Below the pieces are notes generated by a model, which worked only from the letters and a program-made list of their open reading frames with translations, did no database searches and was not told the origin of the DNA. Shown here in pieces: positions 50,478 through 63,010 of a stretch of DNA of 64,000 nt (positions are counted from its first letter, which is position 1; each line of letters opens with the position of its first letter). The translations under genes were made by a program, and so were the position numbers. The stretch is from Callorhinchus milii (taxonomy: Eukaryota), in NCBI RefSeq assembly GCF_018977255.1, contig NW_024704743.1, positions 94,924,001-94,988,000 on the forward strand, written 5' to 3'.

Positions 50478-50870
50478 TACAGCTTGGCTCATTGGTAGCA
50501 CTCTTACCTCTGAGTCAGAAGGCTGTGTGGGTTCAAGACCCACACCAGGACTTTGAACTCACAAGTGTAGGCAGACACGGGTGATGTGTTGCAATGTTGG
50601 AGGTGCCGTCCTTTAGATAAGACGTTAAACAAAGGTCCCATCTAACTATTCAGGTGGATGTTAAAGATCCCATGGCACTGTTTGAAAAGTGAAGGCTAAC
50701 AATCCTACAAATGAAATTGCTCACTCACTTCTTGGCTGTTTGTGGGACACTGCTGTGTGCAAATTTGAAAAGTGCAACAGTCTACAAAATATAGTCACTG
50801 CACTTCATAGTATAATCTGTAAAGGGCTTTGTGATGTCCTCTTGATATGAAAGGTGCTACACGTTAAGAC
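50478..50870 (+). mobile_element. Deu-domain SINE (best-preserved copy)
   Basis: Head cagcttggctcattggtagcactcttacctctgagtcagaagg; Deu core ggaggtgccgtcctttagataagacgttaaacaaaggtcc...caggtggatgttaaagatcccatggcact; shared tail. Confidence 0.85.
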
Positions 50871-51194
50871 TTTTTCTAAATGCGTTATGTAAAAAAATTA
50901 AGATCTCTGATAGGGTGGATCAAAAGTAATTCAGTCTGATTCAGATTCCTTATTAAGGGATTCCATTAAGAATTACTATAAGTTAAACCCCTCTGTTCAA
51001 TGATCTGATGTTAGCCATATGCCAGATTACCTCACCATCACATCCTTTTCCAGCAGCAAACCCCAAATTGTTCGAAAATGTAAATTTCTTATATAATTCT
51101 GAGCTGAACACAGAAAACGGGAAAATAGAATAAAGCTGGTCAGCTTCGAAATGACAGTGGCGAGAATGCTACCACTGGGCCAGACTGACAGTGT

Positions 51195-51680
51195 GTCACT
51201 CCATGGCTGTTTGGGGACATTGATATCCACAACTAGTTGTCGTATTTTGCCCACAAAACACACAGTCAATTCACTTTACAATATATTCTGTGAAACGCTT
51301 CAAGACGTCTTAATAATAATAATCCTTGCATTTGATATAGCGCCTTATCATGTCTTTGAGACAAAGCGCTTCGCAAAATATACTGTAAAGTGAATTAGCT
51401 GTATATTTTGTGGGCAAAATTGCGCACAGCACTGTACCACAAATTATTTTTTTAAAGGGATTATTACCCCTGGTAAAAAGTGATCTGCCAATTGACTAAC
51501 ACTCAGGTTCCTATTTATTGCTAGGCAAACATAGGCGTGTGGAGTAAGGAAACATGCCCAACGTTTCTCCCTGCACGGGAATCAAACCCAGGTCCTCTCA
51601 CTTGCAAGGCTAGTGCTCTAACCACTAAACTACAGGACTCATGATTTGATAAAGCGCTATATCAAATGCATGGATTATTT
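51195..51680 (+). mobile_element. SINE 3' half split by an antisense SINE (host parts 51195-51310 and 51641-51680)
   Basis: gaaacgcttcaagacgtct | insert | atgatttgataaagcgctatatcaaatgcatggattatt. Confidence 0.8.
51311..51640 (-). mobile_element. SINE, intermediate family A'
   Basis: (TAA)n tail at 51311 through reverse-complement head ctacaggactc at 51640. Confidence 0.9.
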
Positions 51681-52692
51681 TCATGATATTCTTATTACTT
51701 CACTTTCAGTTCAGAGTTTTATTTCTATAATATTAACCCTAAATAAATGTTAAAAACTACTTTAATTATAAATAAAATGTTTCAGCTCACTGTTCATTTC
51801 CTGTATATCTTTCTTCCTCAATATCTATCTTTCCTGCTGTGTATCTATTCTATTTTGAATTCTAACTTTAATTTTACCCTTTTCCCGTATAATTTAAATG
51901 TCTCAAAATGGATCTCTGCACTTTTCATCTTTCCCCTCCCCTTCCTCCTCGCCTCCCATTCCCAGCTCAGATGCTCATCCAGCATTGACAAGCACTTTGG
52001 GATGTTCTCCTTGCGTGAAAGATGCTGTATAAATGTAAATTGTCAATTGTTGTTTAACCTATCCTATTTGCTCTAACCCTTGTGTAGCATTATATTTCAG
52101 TTTTAACACTTTCACTTAAATCTTTGTTTATATATGGAATGTTTGTCCTATTATTTTTCCAACTTTCTATCCACTGACACATCTCTCTCTCCTCCTGGTC
52201 TGGCCTCCTGTTGCTGTTGTTCTATTTCAGGGATGCTGGTTACCCTCTGATACCCCGATCAAGTGACTATTGTTCATGTGTGAATATCAGCTGAGTACTC
52301 AACTATAGAGGGCATCACATCCAAGCCTGACCTCTCCTCACAGGCTTCAAAATACAAGCACAACCAGTAGATTATAATAATAATAATCCTTGCATTTGAT
52401 TAAGCGCCTTATCAGGTCTTCAAGACTTCTCAAAGCACTTCACAGAATATGCTGTAAAGTGAATTGACTGTATATTTTTTGGGCGAAACGCAGCAGCTAA
52501 TTGCGTACAGCAGTATCCCACAAACAGTCATAGATTGAGTGACCAAATTTTTTTAAAAAAAGTTGTTACCCTTGAATAGCGATCCACCAATCGACTAACA
52601 ACTGGGTTCCTATTTACTGCTTGGTAAACAGAGGCGTGTGGAATAAGGTAACTTGACCAACATTTCATCCTGCCCAGGAATCAAACCAGGTC

Positions 52693-53297
52693 ATAGAAAC
52701 ATAGAATAGGAGTAGGCCGTTCGAGCCTGTTCCACCATTCTATAAGATCATGGCTGATCTGTACCTCAAGTCCAATTACCCGCCCTTGCCCCGTATCCCT
52801 TAGTATCCTGACCTAACAAATAGCTATCCACCTCAATCTTGAAGATATGAATGGATCCGGCAACTACAGCCTTTTGGGGGAGAGAGTTCCAGATATCCAG
52901 ATATTTGTGGAGTCCTGTAGCTCAGTGGTTAGAGCACTCGCTTTGCAAGCGAGAGACCTGAGTTCAATTCCAGGCAGGGCGAAACCTTGGGCAAGTTTCC
53001 TTACTCCACACGCCTAATAATAATCCCTCCAAAACCCAAAACAATAATAAATTGGTCATTTTCAATCTACGACTGTTTGTGGGACATTGCTGTGCGCAAT
53101 TGGCTGCCGCGTTTGCCCACAAATATACAGTCAATTCACTTTACAGTGTGTTCTGTAAAGCGCTTTGGGACGTCCTCCCGACGTGAAAAGCGCTATATCA
53201 AATGCAAGGATTATTATTATTATTATTATCCTTTGGGTGTAAAGCTGCCTCCTAATTTCACTCCTGAATGGTCTAGCTCTAATTTTAAGATTATGCC
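52693..53297 (-). mobile_element. CR1 3' end (52693-52906 and 53230-53297), split by young SINE
   Basis: atagaaacatagaataggagtaggcc...agatcatggctgatc is the reverse complement of the CR1 tail type at ~58510-58598. Confidence 0.88.
52907..53229 (+). mobile_element. Full-length young tRNA-Ala SINE (family A)
   Basis: Near-identical to 21927-22250. Confidence 0.96.
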
Positions 53298-53479
53298 TCT
53301 CGCTTGTGAGGTGAGTGCCCTAACTACTAAACTACAGGACTCCGTAGAAGGAACAGGAATCCTTTTTTGGTTTTCCCTTCCTAACCCTGGGAAGGCTGGG
53401 GTCAATTAAGTCTCCTCATGCAGCTCTGGCTAAGACTACAACCTCAGCACAGACCGGATTTCGAACCAGCTTTCTCCTG

Positions 53480-53801
53480 GCTTTGCCCTAACCTACCTTT
53501 CTGGCCTTCTAAAACCTTATCAACCCACATTTTGCCTCCGCTCTACAGCCACTATCGGTGGTTGTGCTTTTAGCCTTTTTGCTCACACTCTCTGGAACTC
53601 TATCCTTGAATCCCTTCCCTGGCCTCAAGGTCCATCTCAAAACCTTCTTCTTTGACCGTGCATTTGGTCATCTTCCCATATCTACCCGTCTTGTATCCAA
53701 CCCCCAGCTCGGGTGCAAACCCATGATTGTCCAGCACCTTGGGATATCCTTTCAACATGAAAGGCGCTATATAAATGCATTTTTTTATTATTGTTGTTGT
53801 T
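53480..53801 (+). mobile_element. L2 3' end
   Basis: LKVHLKTFFFDRAF; tail agcaccttgggatatcctttcaacatgaaaggcgctata. Confidence 0.85.
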
Positions 53802-53909
53802 AAAATCCAAGCATGTGATCACCTGGCCACTACTTCTTAATTGATCCTGGTCCTCTTTCTTCCACTCTTGAGTGAGTCTTGGATTCTCAATAAAAGTCTT
53901 GGATTCTCA

Positions 53910-54280
53910 TGGAGTTCTATAGCTTAGTGGTTAGAGCACTCACCTCACAATTAAAAAGACCTAGTTTCGATTCCTGGGTAGGGCAAAACGTTGGGCAAGT
54001 TTTCTTACTCCACAGGCACCTGTTCACCAAGCAGTAAGTAGGAACCTGGGTGTCAGTTTATTGGCAGATCGCTTTTCTGGGGGTAATAATCCCTTTTAAA
54101 AAAAATGGTCACTGAATCCACGGCTGTTTGTGGGACACTGCTGTGTGCAATAGGCTGCCGCGTTTCGCCCACAAGACATACAGTCAATCCACTTTGCAGT
54201 ATAATCAGTGATGCGCTTTGAGACGTCTCGAAAACGTGATAAGGTGCATCAAATGCAAGGATTATGGATTATTATTATTA
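53910..54280 (+). mobile_element. Full-length SINE, intermediate family A'
   Basis: Head, central segment ctgttcaccaagcagtaagtaggaacc, shared 3' block and (TTA)n. Confidence 0.92.
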
Positions 54281-56139
54281 AAAAGAAAGTGTCGAAAAAC
54301 AATTTCTCGCAAGGTTAACATCAACTAGTAGCAGTGTAAAGGTGAATTGTGATCAAACGAATGCATCATATTATGGATAGTCCTATATAAAATTACGATA
54401 GGACAACTTCTCCTATGAATACATAAACTCAAAGGATTACAAACAATTCAAAAGATAGACACACAAAGTATCAGCACATCCTGGAACTTACTGTACCTGA
54501 ACTGATGACCTTATTTCAAGCTTTTATGTACATTCTCTACACTGTATATTTTCATATCCAGCAAAGTGAATGTAACATATCGACTATTAGAGTAGCTATT
54601 AACTAAAATGTGTGGCACTGTTAAGAGAAATGTTTTGCTAAACCTCTTTATGTTTAGCTGATCTAAACATTTTTCTTAGTTTTGCTTTCTTTGAAGGTCT
54701 TCAGTCTATAGGAAATGACATTATGCTTTAGTAAATTCTTGTAGAATATAACAGATCATTGGTTTTATAACACAGTTGGTGCTTTTGCATTCTGATGAGA
54801 TTATTAGTAGCAGCTGAAAGAGTGTTTTGTGCCTATGTTGTCACTGTAAAAGCTAGAATCAGGACATGGCACTGCTCTTTGATCACCTGTAGGAATCAGG
54901 ATGTACCATTATGTTTGCTGCTTATTTCCTGTCCATGTTTTATTCAATAGTGTATTATTTTGTAACAAATGTTTTTGCACTGAAATGCCATGCACATTCA
55001 TATTCATGAATATTCTCATGAGATCCTGATCTCAGAACCTAAACATGTCTGAACAAAGCATGAGATGGCTGACAGCTCTATTAATAAGTAAAAGAAGCTT
55101 TTGACTTGAAGCAGAACACAAATAGTAAAGGAATTATTTCTGTTGAAGGGCAACAGTTCGACATGTAACTAATGCTTCAGTGTCATGGGCTAAATAATTG
55201 TCGACGATGTTTAATAGTCCTAATTGCAGAACAATTTCAATCACTTCCTATCCTATCTTTTCCAGCTATGAGACTTAAACCAAAATCACGAATGCCACTC
55301 AGACAGAATGTCCCTGGCAAAGACTGCATTTGTCAAAATCCTGTGTTGCATGTACAGGTTAAAAAAAACAAATAGGTTGGATTGGAACAGAGAACTACTC
55401 ATTTTTCTGAAAGGAAAAACTTGCAATCTCTTTCTTCCTGAAATGCTGAACTATATTCAGCGTTGTCGGGAGAATTACTTTGACATTTCTGCCATCATTG
55501 TTTTCATTTAATTTTTCATCAGGCTTGCCTTTTTTGTTACTGTCCTATTTGGCAATTGATTTGTCAGGTGTCCCACTTCTGAATCAACTGTAGTCACACG
55601 CAGAGCTCAATGGTTGCAGAGCTTTCCAGTTTAGGACACTGACCTGAGACAGAAAGGTAGATCGTTGTCAAAGGAGTACTGAATCTTCAGCTTAATTGAT
55701 GCTTCACAATTATTCAAATATGAATGTTTGAAAGCATTTGGGTATTAAGGAATGGATTACTCATGAAATGCACACAAGCTTTCATGCCTAGTAATTACTG
55801 CTGTTTATTGATAATTAGCACTTCAAGCTGCAATTCCCCTTTTTAAAAAGCCAGCTTGTCAATTTCATAAATTCAAAACCAGCCAACCAGCCTGCTCTGT
55901 GTACATGGGCTAATGATACCATCACTAAGTAGAATTGCTGTACTAAACATTAAATATCTTTTAAAGCATGGTGCTGGTTAGATGGTCCAGTGGCGCAGGG
56001 CATATGGTAACTGATTGCTCCACCGTGGAGTGGAGGTAAATGCTTTCTCCCCCTCCACACCCCACCCACAGAGGGGCATTCAGCTCAGATGTAAGGTACT
56101 GGGTTAATGGCGAGACGGGGCAATGAGGGCAAATCCATC

Positions 56140-56585
56140 CATACAATCATGGATATTTACAACGCAGAAGGAGGGCATTCAGCTTGTCGAGTCTTCATAG
56201 CCTCTCAGAGCAAGCTGTCTATTCAATCTCACCATCCTGCCCTATCCACAAATCCCTTCAAGTCTCAACAACAACAACAAGATTCCATTTATAGAGAACC
56301 TTTCACGTTGGGAGGACGTCCCAAGGAACTGTACAGTTGGGTCAGGACCCGAGCAGGGGGGAAATGGTCAGGGTGAGGGGAGGGAAGGGAGGGAGCGAGG
56401 AGGGGGTAGAGTCGAGAGGGGAGCTGAAGGCACGGTCAAAGAGAAAGGTCTTGAGACCGGCCTTGAAGGAGGAAAGGGAGGAGGCAAGGCGAAGGCACTG
56501 GGGGATAGAGTTCCAGAGTCTAGGTCTCATTTCATGTACCAAATGACTTCCCCCTTGAAACTCATAATGGACCCATGGTGATTCA
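56140..56585 (-). mobile_element. Old CR1 3' tail, split by L2
   Basis: caacgcagaaggagggcattcagc...; resumes after 56529. Confidence 0.65.
56268..56523 (-). mobile_element. 5'-truncated L2 with 6-bp TSD
   Basis: LWNSIPQCLRLASSLSSFKAGLKTFLFDRAF; gtctca at 56262-56267 and 56524-56529. Confidence 0.9.
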
Positions 56586-56989
56586 AAATGTGCCATTGAC
56601 AGGAATGTGTAGGTTAAGGGATGGGTGTCCTGCCTGCTAGCTTAGTGAGAACTTAGTGTGTAGAACTTACAAATGGAGGGAAGGTGGGGGGGTAGGGGGG
56701 TTGGTGAATTATTAAATCCCATTCCTCTGACACTGAACAATGACTAACTAACCACAGATGTTGTAGCACACTTCAAAGTAGACACAAAAAAATCTACATT
56801 TTCTGTATGTTTAAAAAAAAGCATGGATTTGTGTCTGACATCAACTTAAAATAAACAACTTTGTTTTTGTTCAGCCAGGAATTTGACACTTTCTCTTGCT
56901 AAGCGTCTTGAGTTTCAGATACGAAGAACTCACCAAAGTAGTTTCTTTATTTCTAGACCTGGAGTATGAAATCTCTGCCCTGCTGGTCT

Positions 56990-57345
56990 GTGCCCAGGGC
57001 AAAGCCAAGACATTGGGGTGCTGCCAACAATAAGCCTTATGAAGCCATAGAGCTTTCAATTATGAGGCACTGGTAAGATTCCTGTTGCTTGTTCAACACC
57101 TCACCTGTTAAGATGCAACCAGCAGGGTTATCAGATGGGAAAAGACTTGTTCCCCAGTAACATGTTAAGTACTATTGATGAACCAGGCTGGCTGGTCAAT
57201 CATCAATAGGGCCCTAGTGTACTGCGGTCCTGCCTAGCTCAGGTACTGGATCACTGAGTCCACTGCAGGGAGTTTAACTCAGTTCCACGCTCTCCTTGTC
57301 AGCAACATCACCATGGAGCATCTCAACCCCAGAGATGCCGCGCTC
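56990..57345. repeat. Unclassified old repeat, second copy
   Basis: atgaaccaggctgg...gcctagctcaggtactgga matches atgacccaggctgg...gcctggctcaggaactgga near 14008-14082. Confidence 0.65.
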
Positions 57346-57721
57346 ACCTCTCACAATGCTTCCCCTTCCTCAGCCATGAAGATAGTCACCGGGCGATTAT
57401 TAGACTATTGACCAGTGCAGAACTGAACACTTGTTGGATATGAAAACATAAATACAAGTTACATTGATATCAAGAATTGCTCCTTGGTAAAGTGAGCCAT
57501 GAGAATGCTCTGATTGTTCGAGTTTAGCATCGTAATGTTAACAGCCTCACAGAGATCTAGAGTTCCAGGACTGAGCTTTGCATCTGGCACCTTTTTCCCT
57601 CACATTTGGTACAGCGCCTTTCAACAACAGCAACTTGCACTTGTTTAGCGTCCTCCAGGGTAGCTTTCACACAGGGAGGACATCCCAAAGCGAGGGTGTC
57701 TGTTTAGGCTAGGAATGAGAC

Positions 57722-58598
57722 ACGTGATGCAAAAAGATTACAACGGGATATAGATAGGCTAGGGGAGTGGACGAGTAGGTGGCAGATGGAATTTAATGTG
57801 GGGTAGTGTGAAGTTATTCACCTAGGTAGAAAAAATAAAAAACTGATGATTTTCTGGAGTGGGAGAGATTAGATAGTGTTAGTGTTCAGAGGGATTTGGG
57901 TGTCCTTGTGCACCAGTCTCAAAAAGTTAGTTTGCAGGTGCAGCAAGCAACGAAGAAGGTGAACGGCATGTTAGCGTTCATTGCAAAAGGTTCAGAGTAC
58001 AAGAGTAGGGAAGTCTTGCTGCAACTGTATAGGGCCTTGGTGAGACCGCACGTAGAGTATTGTGTGCAGTTTTGGTCTCCTTATTTACAAAAGGACATAC
58101 TTGCCCGAGAGGGGATGCAGCATAGATTCACTCGGTTAGTTCCTGGGATGAGGGGACTGACCTATGAGGATAGGCTGAATAAATTTGGGCTATATTCTCT
58201 AGAGTACAGAAGAATTAGGGGAGATCTTATTGAAACATATAAGATTCTTAAAGGGCTGGATAAAGTAGACACTGAGGGGCTGTTTCCCCTGGTAGGAGAA
58301 TCTATAACCAGGTCAATTAAGGGTCAGCCTTTTAGAACAGAGTTGAAGAAACATTTTTTCACTCAGAGGGTAGGGAATTTATGGAATTCACTCCCCCAGA
58401 AGGCTGTAGATGCTCAGTCCTTGAACATCTTCAAGGCTGAGACTGATAGATTTTTTAAAAATAGAGGGATTAGGGGATATGGGGATAGGGCAGGTAATTA
58501 GAGTTAGGTCTGAAGATCAGCCATGATCTTATCAAATGGCGGGGCAGGCTCGAGGGGCTGAATGGCCTACTCCTGCTCCTAATTCTTATGTTCTTATG
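57722..58598 (+). mobile_element. 5'-truncated CR1 LINE with open ORF2 C-terminus (57896-58501)
   Basis: LYRALVRPHVEYCVQFWSP, RGDLIETYKIL, FFTQRVGNLWNSLP; ends ttcttatgttcttatg. Confidence 0.96.
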
Positions 58599-58835
58599 TG
58601 ATACTTTTATCTTTGGCAGCCGTGTTGTCACAGACAATGAGGAGATCCCTGTAATGAGGAGGGTGTCACACTGGTGTAAAGGTTCTCATTTATACTGCTT
58701 ACATTTCATACAGGGTCATATACAATACGTCAAAATATCTCATTTAGGCCTATAAATGTGATCAGTCCATTAATCCAGCTGTGGAGTGTAGAATTCAGAG
58801 ATGCTACAGTAACACTGAAAGGCCCTGTAAGGGTT

Positions 58836-58895
58836 GGGGCTGCCCGTGTTGCAGTGGGGCTGCCCGGGTTGCAGTGGGGCTGCCCGTGTTGCAGT
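58836..58895. repeat. GC-rich 20-bp tandem repeat, three copies
   Basis: ggggctgcccg(t/g)gttgcagt x3. Confidence 0.95.
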
Positions 58896-59221
58896 GGCAC
58901 CAGCATGTTTGGAAGTGGAGATGAGCCTCTGAACATGCAGACGAGGTGACAGCCATGCCTTTAGATGACCACCCAAATTAACAGTCACTGGACAATGACT
59001 TGTGGGTGACGTGAAATAAAATGGTAAGGTACAGGATTGACGTTGGAGCAGAAGGGTCACAGGACACGTTTGGCTTACAAGGGAGAGTTGCACATGTTTA
59101 TGACACATGCTTAAAACTCCAGACTGACAGGAAAATGTATGCAACCATTTATTAGGCAAAGTAATAAATGTGCAAATAACAAGATCATGCAAATTAGCTT
59201 GCCAAGATGGGAGAACTAATA

Positions 59222-59725
59222 CAATACAAAATTACATCCGTAAAGTGCCTTTCATATTGGGAAGATGTCCCAAGGCACTAAACAGTCAGGGATTAGGACC
59301 CGAGCGGGGTGGGGGTTGGGATCAGCGAAGGTGGAGAGCAGAGAGGGTAAGAGGGTGGCCGAAGGCATGGTTGAAGAGCAGGGTCTTGAGGTATGCCTTG
59401 AAGCAGGTTAGGAAAGGAGTGAGGCAAAGGGAATGTGGAATGAAGTTCCAGAGGATGGGGGCAGTAAGGCCGAATGGCCCGATCACCAATATTAGGGGGA
59501 GGCTGGACAGGGGATATGGAGCATGCCATAGCCTGCTGAGCGGAGGGAGTGGACAGGTTAATGAAGGGTTACCAGGTTGGAGAGGTAGGAGAGGGCAAGG
59601 CCATGGAGGGCCTTGAAGGTGAGGATGAGAATTTTGAACTCGATCCTCTGAGGGATGGGGAGCCAGTGGAGTCGGGCAAGGGTGGGTGTAATGGGATCAC
59701 GGAGCTTGGTGCAGGAGAGGACACA
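59222..59725 (-). mobile_element. L2 3' portion
   Basis: Reverse complement of the region at ~42000-42490. Confidence 0.9.
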
Positions 59726-59957
59726 TGCTGGTCACAGGACTCCCTCTGTATGTATCACAGAAAGGATTTTTTATGGGTCATATCACGTTGTCTCAATGAT
59801 CACTGCTCCTACGCTCAAAAGAAAAGCTGTCAGAAGTGGGAGGTGCAGGGAGCGACAGACAGTGGACACCGGTCATGAGAACACTCACACCCTGCAAAAT
59901 AGATACACTGGAAATATTTATGATGTTTTTTGGTCAGTTTGATGTTTGACATAGACG

Positions 59958-60150
59958 GAATCCCATCACCATGCTTAGGCGTATCTAAATCAGACTGAGG
60001 GTTTCCCATATGAATGCCACCTATACATGGAAAGTGTCTGGATTGGAATGTGCACTCTCTCCCTAGAGGGATGGACTCTGCTTACCTAATTCTGGAGAAT
60101 ATTAGGCTTGGTAAGGACCTTAGGGTGCGTGTGGGTGCATGTCTGGAATT
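59958..60150. repeat. Unclassified old repeat, third piece
   Basis: catcaccatgcttaggcgtatctaaatcagac...ccacctatacatggaaa matches catcaccatgcttaagagtatccaaaccaaac...ccacctatacgtggaaa near 13627-13692. Confidence 0.7.
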
Positions 60151-60165
60151 ACAGAATTAAAACTG

Positions 60166-60403
60166 GTAGCTCAGTGGTTAGAGCACTCGCTTTGCAAGTG
60201 AGAGACCTGAGTTCAATTCCAGGCAGGGCGAAACCTTGGGCAAGTTTCCTTACTCCACACGCCTAATAATAATCCTTCTAAAACAAAACAATAGTAAATT
60301 GGTCATTTTCAATCCACGACTGTTTGTGGGACATTGCTGTGCGCAATTGGCTGCCGCGTTCGCCCACAAATATAAAGTCAATAAACTTTACAGTATATTC
60401 TGT
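60166..60403 (+). mobile_element. Young SINE A lacking its 3' tail
   Basis: Head and body match family A; similarity stops at tatattctgt. Confidence 0.9.
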
Positions 60404-60854
60404 ATTACAAGCAGGTGCAGCATTTATATTATAAAGATTAACAAAGTGATGTTGATTTTAATTTAGATTGTGGTGCATCATTCTTTAAATGTCATAAAGG
60501 ATAAGGCTCAGGTTGCACAAAATCAGACCGAGCAATCACCTGCAAGCTATAGTTTCAAGACTGTAGATGTATGTAGATGAAAATAAGAATGTACATTAGC
60601 AGAGTTCACTAGAACAACTAGCCAATATGACCCACTGGCACCTGCCTGCAATGACTGCAATGCTGATGGCCCCCAGGTGCATATACTGGTGTAGTGGGTT
60701 ATTGGCTGTGCAATGGCTGAATTACCTCCTTCAATCATTAATTTGGTGGTGAGACAATACTAAACGGCATCTAACAATTGCACAGGCAAAACCACTACGA
60801 GCAAAGAGGGAGTGGGGATCATTTGAGTTGAGAGGTATCTATTCACAAGATCAG

Positions 60855-61160
60855 TTTGGATGAAGAAGGCCCTTTGGCACATCTGATCTCATCCCTCCAG
60901 AAAACCCTACCATCCGCCCATAACAACATCAAGCCGTTTTTTAAAGTGAGTTTAGTGTTCTGGCCTCAACCACCGCTCCTTGTCAGCCTGTTCTAGTTCA
61001 TTTTTGTCAGAGTAAACAAAAACTTCTGGTGTCTGTGCTGAAATTGTCTTTTCAATTTGTTACTGTGAGGCAGTGTAGCTTTAAATGCTGTTGCACTTTA
61101 GTGAAATGTTTGACATATTCTGTGATCATGGTCTTGTCAGACTCTCCAGGCTGAGGGCTG
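60855..61160 (-). mobile_element. Old CR1 3' region
   Basis: gcctcaaccaccgctccttgtcagcctgttctagt...aacttct resembles the reverse complement of the CR1 ORF2 end. Confidence 0.5.
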
Positions 61161-61321
61161 GATTCCCAATGCTCGCATTTTAAGCTTGAAATGAAGGCTG
61201 AATGTGACATTTTTATATCATCTTCCACTCACTGTTACAACACATCTTGAATATTGTACTTTACATTTCAACAACAAAACAGTGGAACCATGAAAGATAA
61301 CATATTAAAAGGCATTAACTC

Positions 61322-62210
61322 ACAACAAAAACAACTTGCATTTATATAGAGCCCCTTACACAGCATAGTGTTTTTGATAGTGGCAGAGCTTGACATCAGC
61401 TGAAAAGGGGTAGGAGGTGCTAATGGGTTCAGTCGAAGAGGAAAGTCTTCAGATGTGATCTGAAGACAGGGAAGGAGGAGGCAAGGCGGTGAGATTGAGG
61501 AGAGATCCAGGCTTAGGCTTAGTGGCTGAAAGCACAGCTGCTGATGTGGAGCAGGAAGGACGAGGGACATGGAGGAAGGAGGAGCCAATAGCAAATGCAG
61601 CAGGTAGTGGGTTGGGGACTAAGCAGGTAGATGCCAGGGCATGAAATGATTTGCATATGAGTGTGAGGATCAATCCATTCTGCAATAGGACGCCAGTGGA
61701 GCCTAGCAAGAATTGGGGTGATAGGACTACGGAATTTGGTGTGGGTGAAAATACGGATGGCGGAGTTTTGAATTAAATGGATGTTATGAATGGTGGAGCT
61801 AGGGAGATTGGCGAGGAGGTATAATCAAGGCTGGAAGTAACAAATGCGTGGATAAGGATTTCGCTTGCATTGGATGTGAGGTACGGTTGGAAGTGGGCAA
61901 TGTTACCGAGGTGCAGGGTGCTGGTCAGGGACTGGATGCAGGGTAGGAAGGACAGCTGGGGATTAAATGTAATGCCTAGGTTATGCACAGGTTCAGTAAG
62001 TCTGAGGGACAGGCCAGTCAGGTTACGAAGTTTGGAAACAAAGGTGAGAAGACATTGACAGGAGCCAAGGAGTAAGGATTCTGTCTTGTCACAATCAACT
62101 GCAGAAAGTTGGTGCTCATTGGGCCTGAATGTTTGACAAGCAAGAGGACAGAACATCAGTGCACCTGGAAGAGGAGTAGTAGATTTGGGTGACATCCACA
62201 TACATGTGGA
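61322..62210 (-). mobile_element. Degenerate L2 (RT C-terminus to tail)
   Basis: KTESLLLGS, VHNLGITFNPQLSF, LIHAFVTSSLDY; tail at ~61322-61360. Confidence 0.88.
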
Positions 62211-62786
62211 AGAAGAAAGCAAGATGATTGACTGAATACGGGACTTAACCGTTGACTGGAAAAGCACAAGAGGAAATTGTGGAGCAAAGTGTAAATTTAC
62301 TGTATGTTTCCTGGGATTAGTCATGTGCTACAGTATAGAAAAATCATATTCCTATTTACAGTCCTGTACCTGCAATGCTGCTGGACCCATGCTCGAAGGC
62401 AAATAATTCTATAAACAACTCATTTCTGCCAACCTTCATGCTACTTTGCTGTTGATACCCATTGACATCCACACTCATGTCAGTTTTGACTTACATTACT
62501 AACTAGCACTGCAAGTGAATTGTTTACAGGTCAAAGTTGGTTACAAATTGCTGCAGCACTGTTATGTTCCTTGGGATGCCCTCCTGATCTAAAAGACACT
62601 ATATAAATTAATTTGTATTGTACTGTTGACATGTTGTCCCACTGGCTATATCTTCCCTGATAGTTTAGGTTATCAAAAGGTAAGCACAATGTTTGACCTA
62701 AATAGCAGGACATTTCCTGTTTGCCTTAAATAATTTGTAGCACTGCATCCACAACAGGTTCTGTGTTATGGCCAAAGACATTAGCA

Positions 62787-63010
62787 ATAATTTTTATTAT
62801 TATTAATATAATAATTTTATATAATAATAATTTTATTTTATAATAATTTTATAATAATATTATTATTAATATTAATACAATAATAATAATCATCCTTACA
62901 TTTGATATAGTGCCTTATCACGCCATTGAAATGTCCTGTCAGAAGGAAGACCCAAAGCGCTTCCTAGGATTTTAGTGTAAAGTGCCGTGACTGTTTATTC
63001 ATAGGCGAAA
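62787..63010 (-). repeat. AT-only low-complexity tract (~62787-62890) joined to a SINE tail remnant
   Basis: About 100 bp of almost pure A/T followed by atccttacatttgatatagtgccttatcacg. Confidence 0.8.

Larger units (their letters stand above)
52372..53343 (-). mobile_element. SINE A' (52372-52692 and 53297-53343), split by CR1
   Basis: Body stops at gaatcaaaccaggtc; head resumes at ctctcgcttgtgagg...ggactcc. Confidence 0.88.
52230..53480 (-). mobile_element. Family B repeat (52230-52371 and 53344-53480), outermost layer of a nest
   Basis: The two halves together match the order of motifs at 4720-5030; gtaga is duplicated at 52367-52371 and 53344-53348. Confidence 0.65.

Noticed and set aside
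57896..58501. 201-aa ORF as a host gene
   Set aside because: It is the C-terminus of CR1 ORF2 in a 5'-truncated copy.
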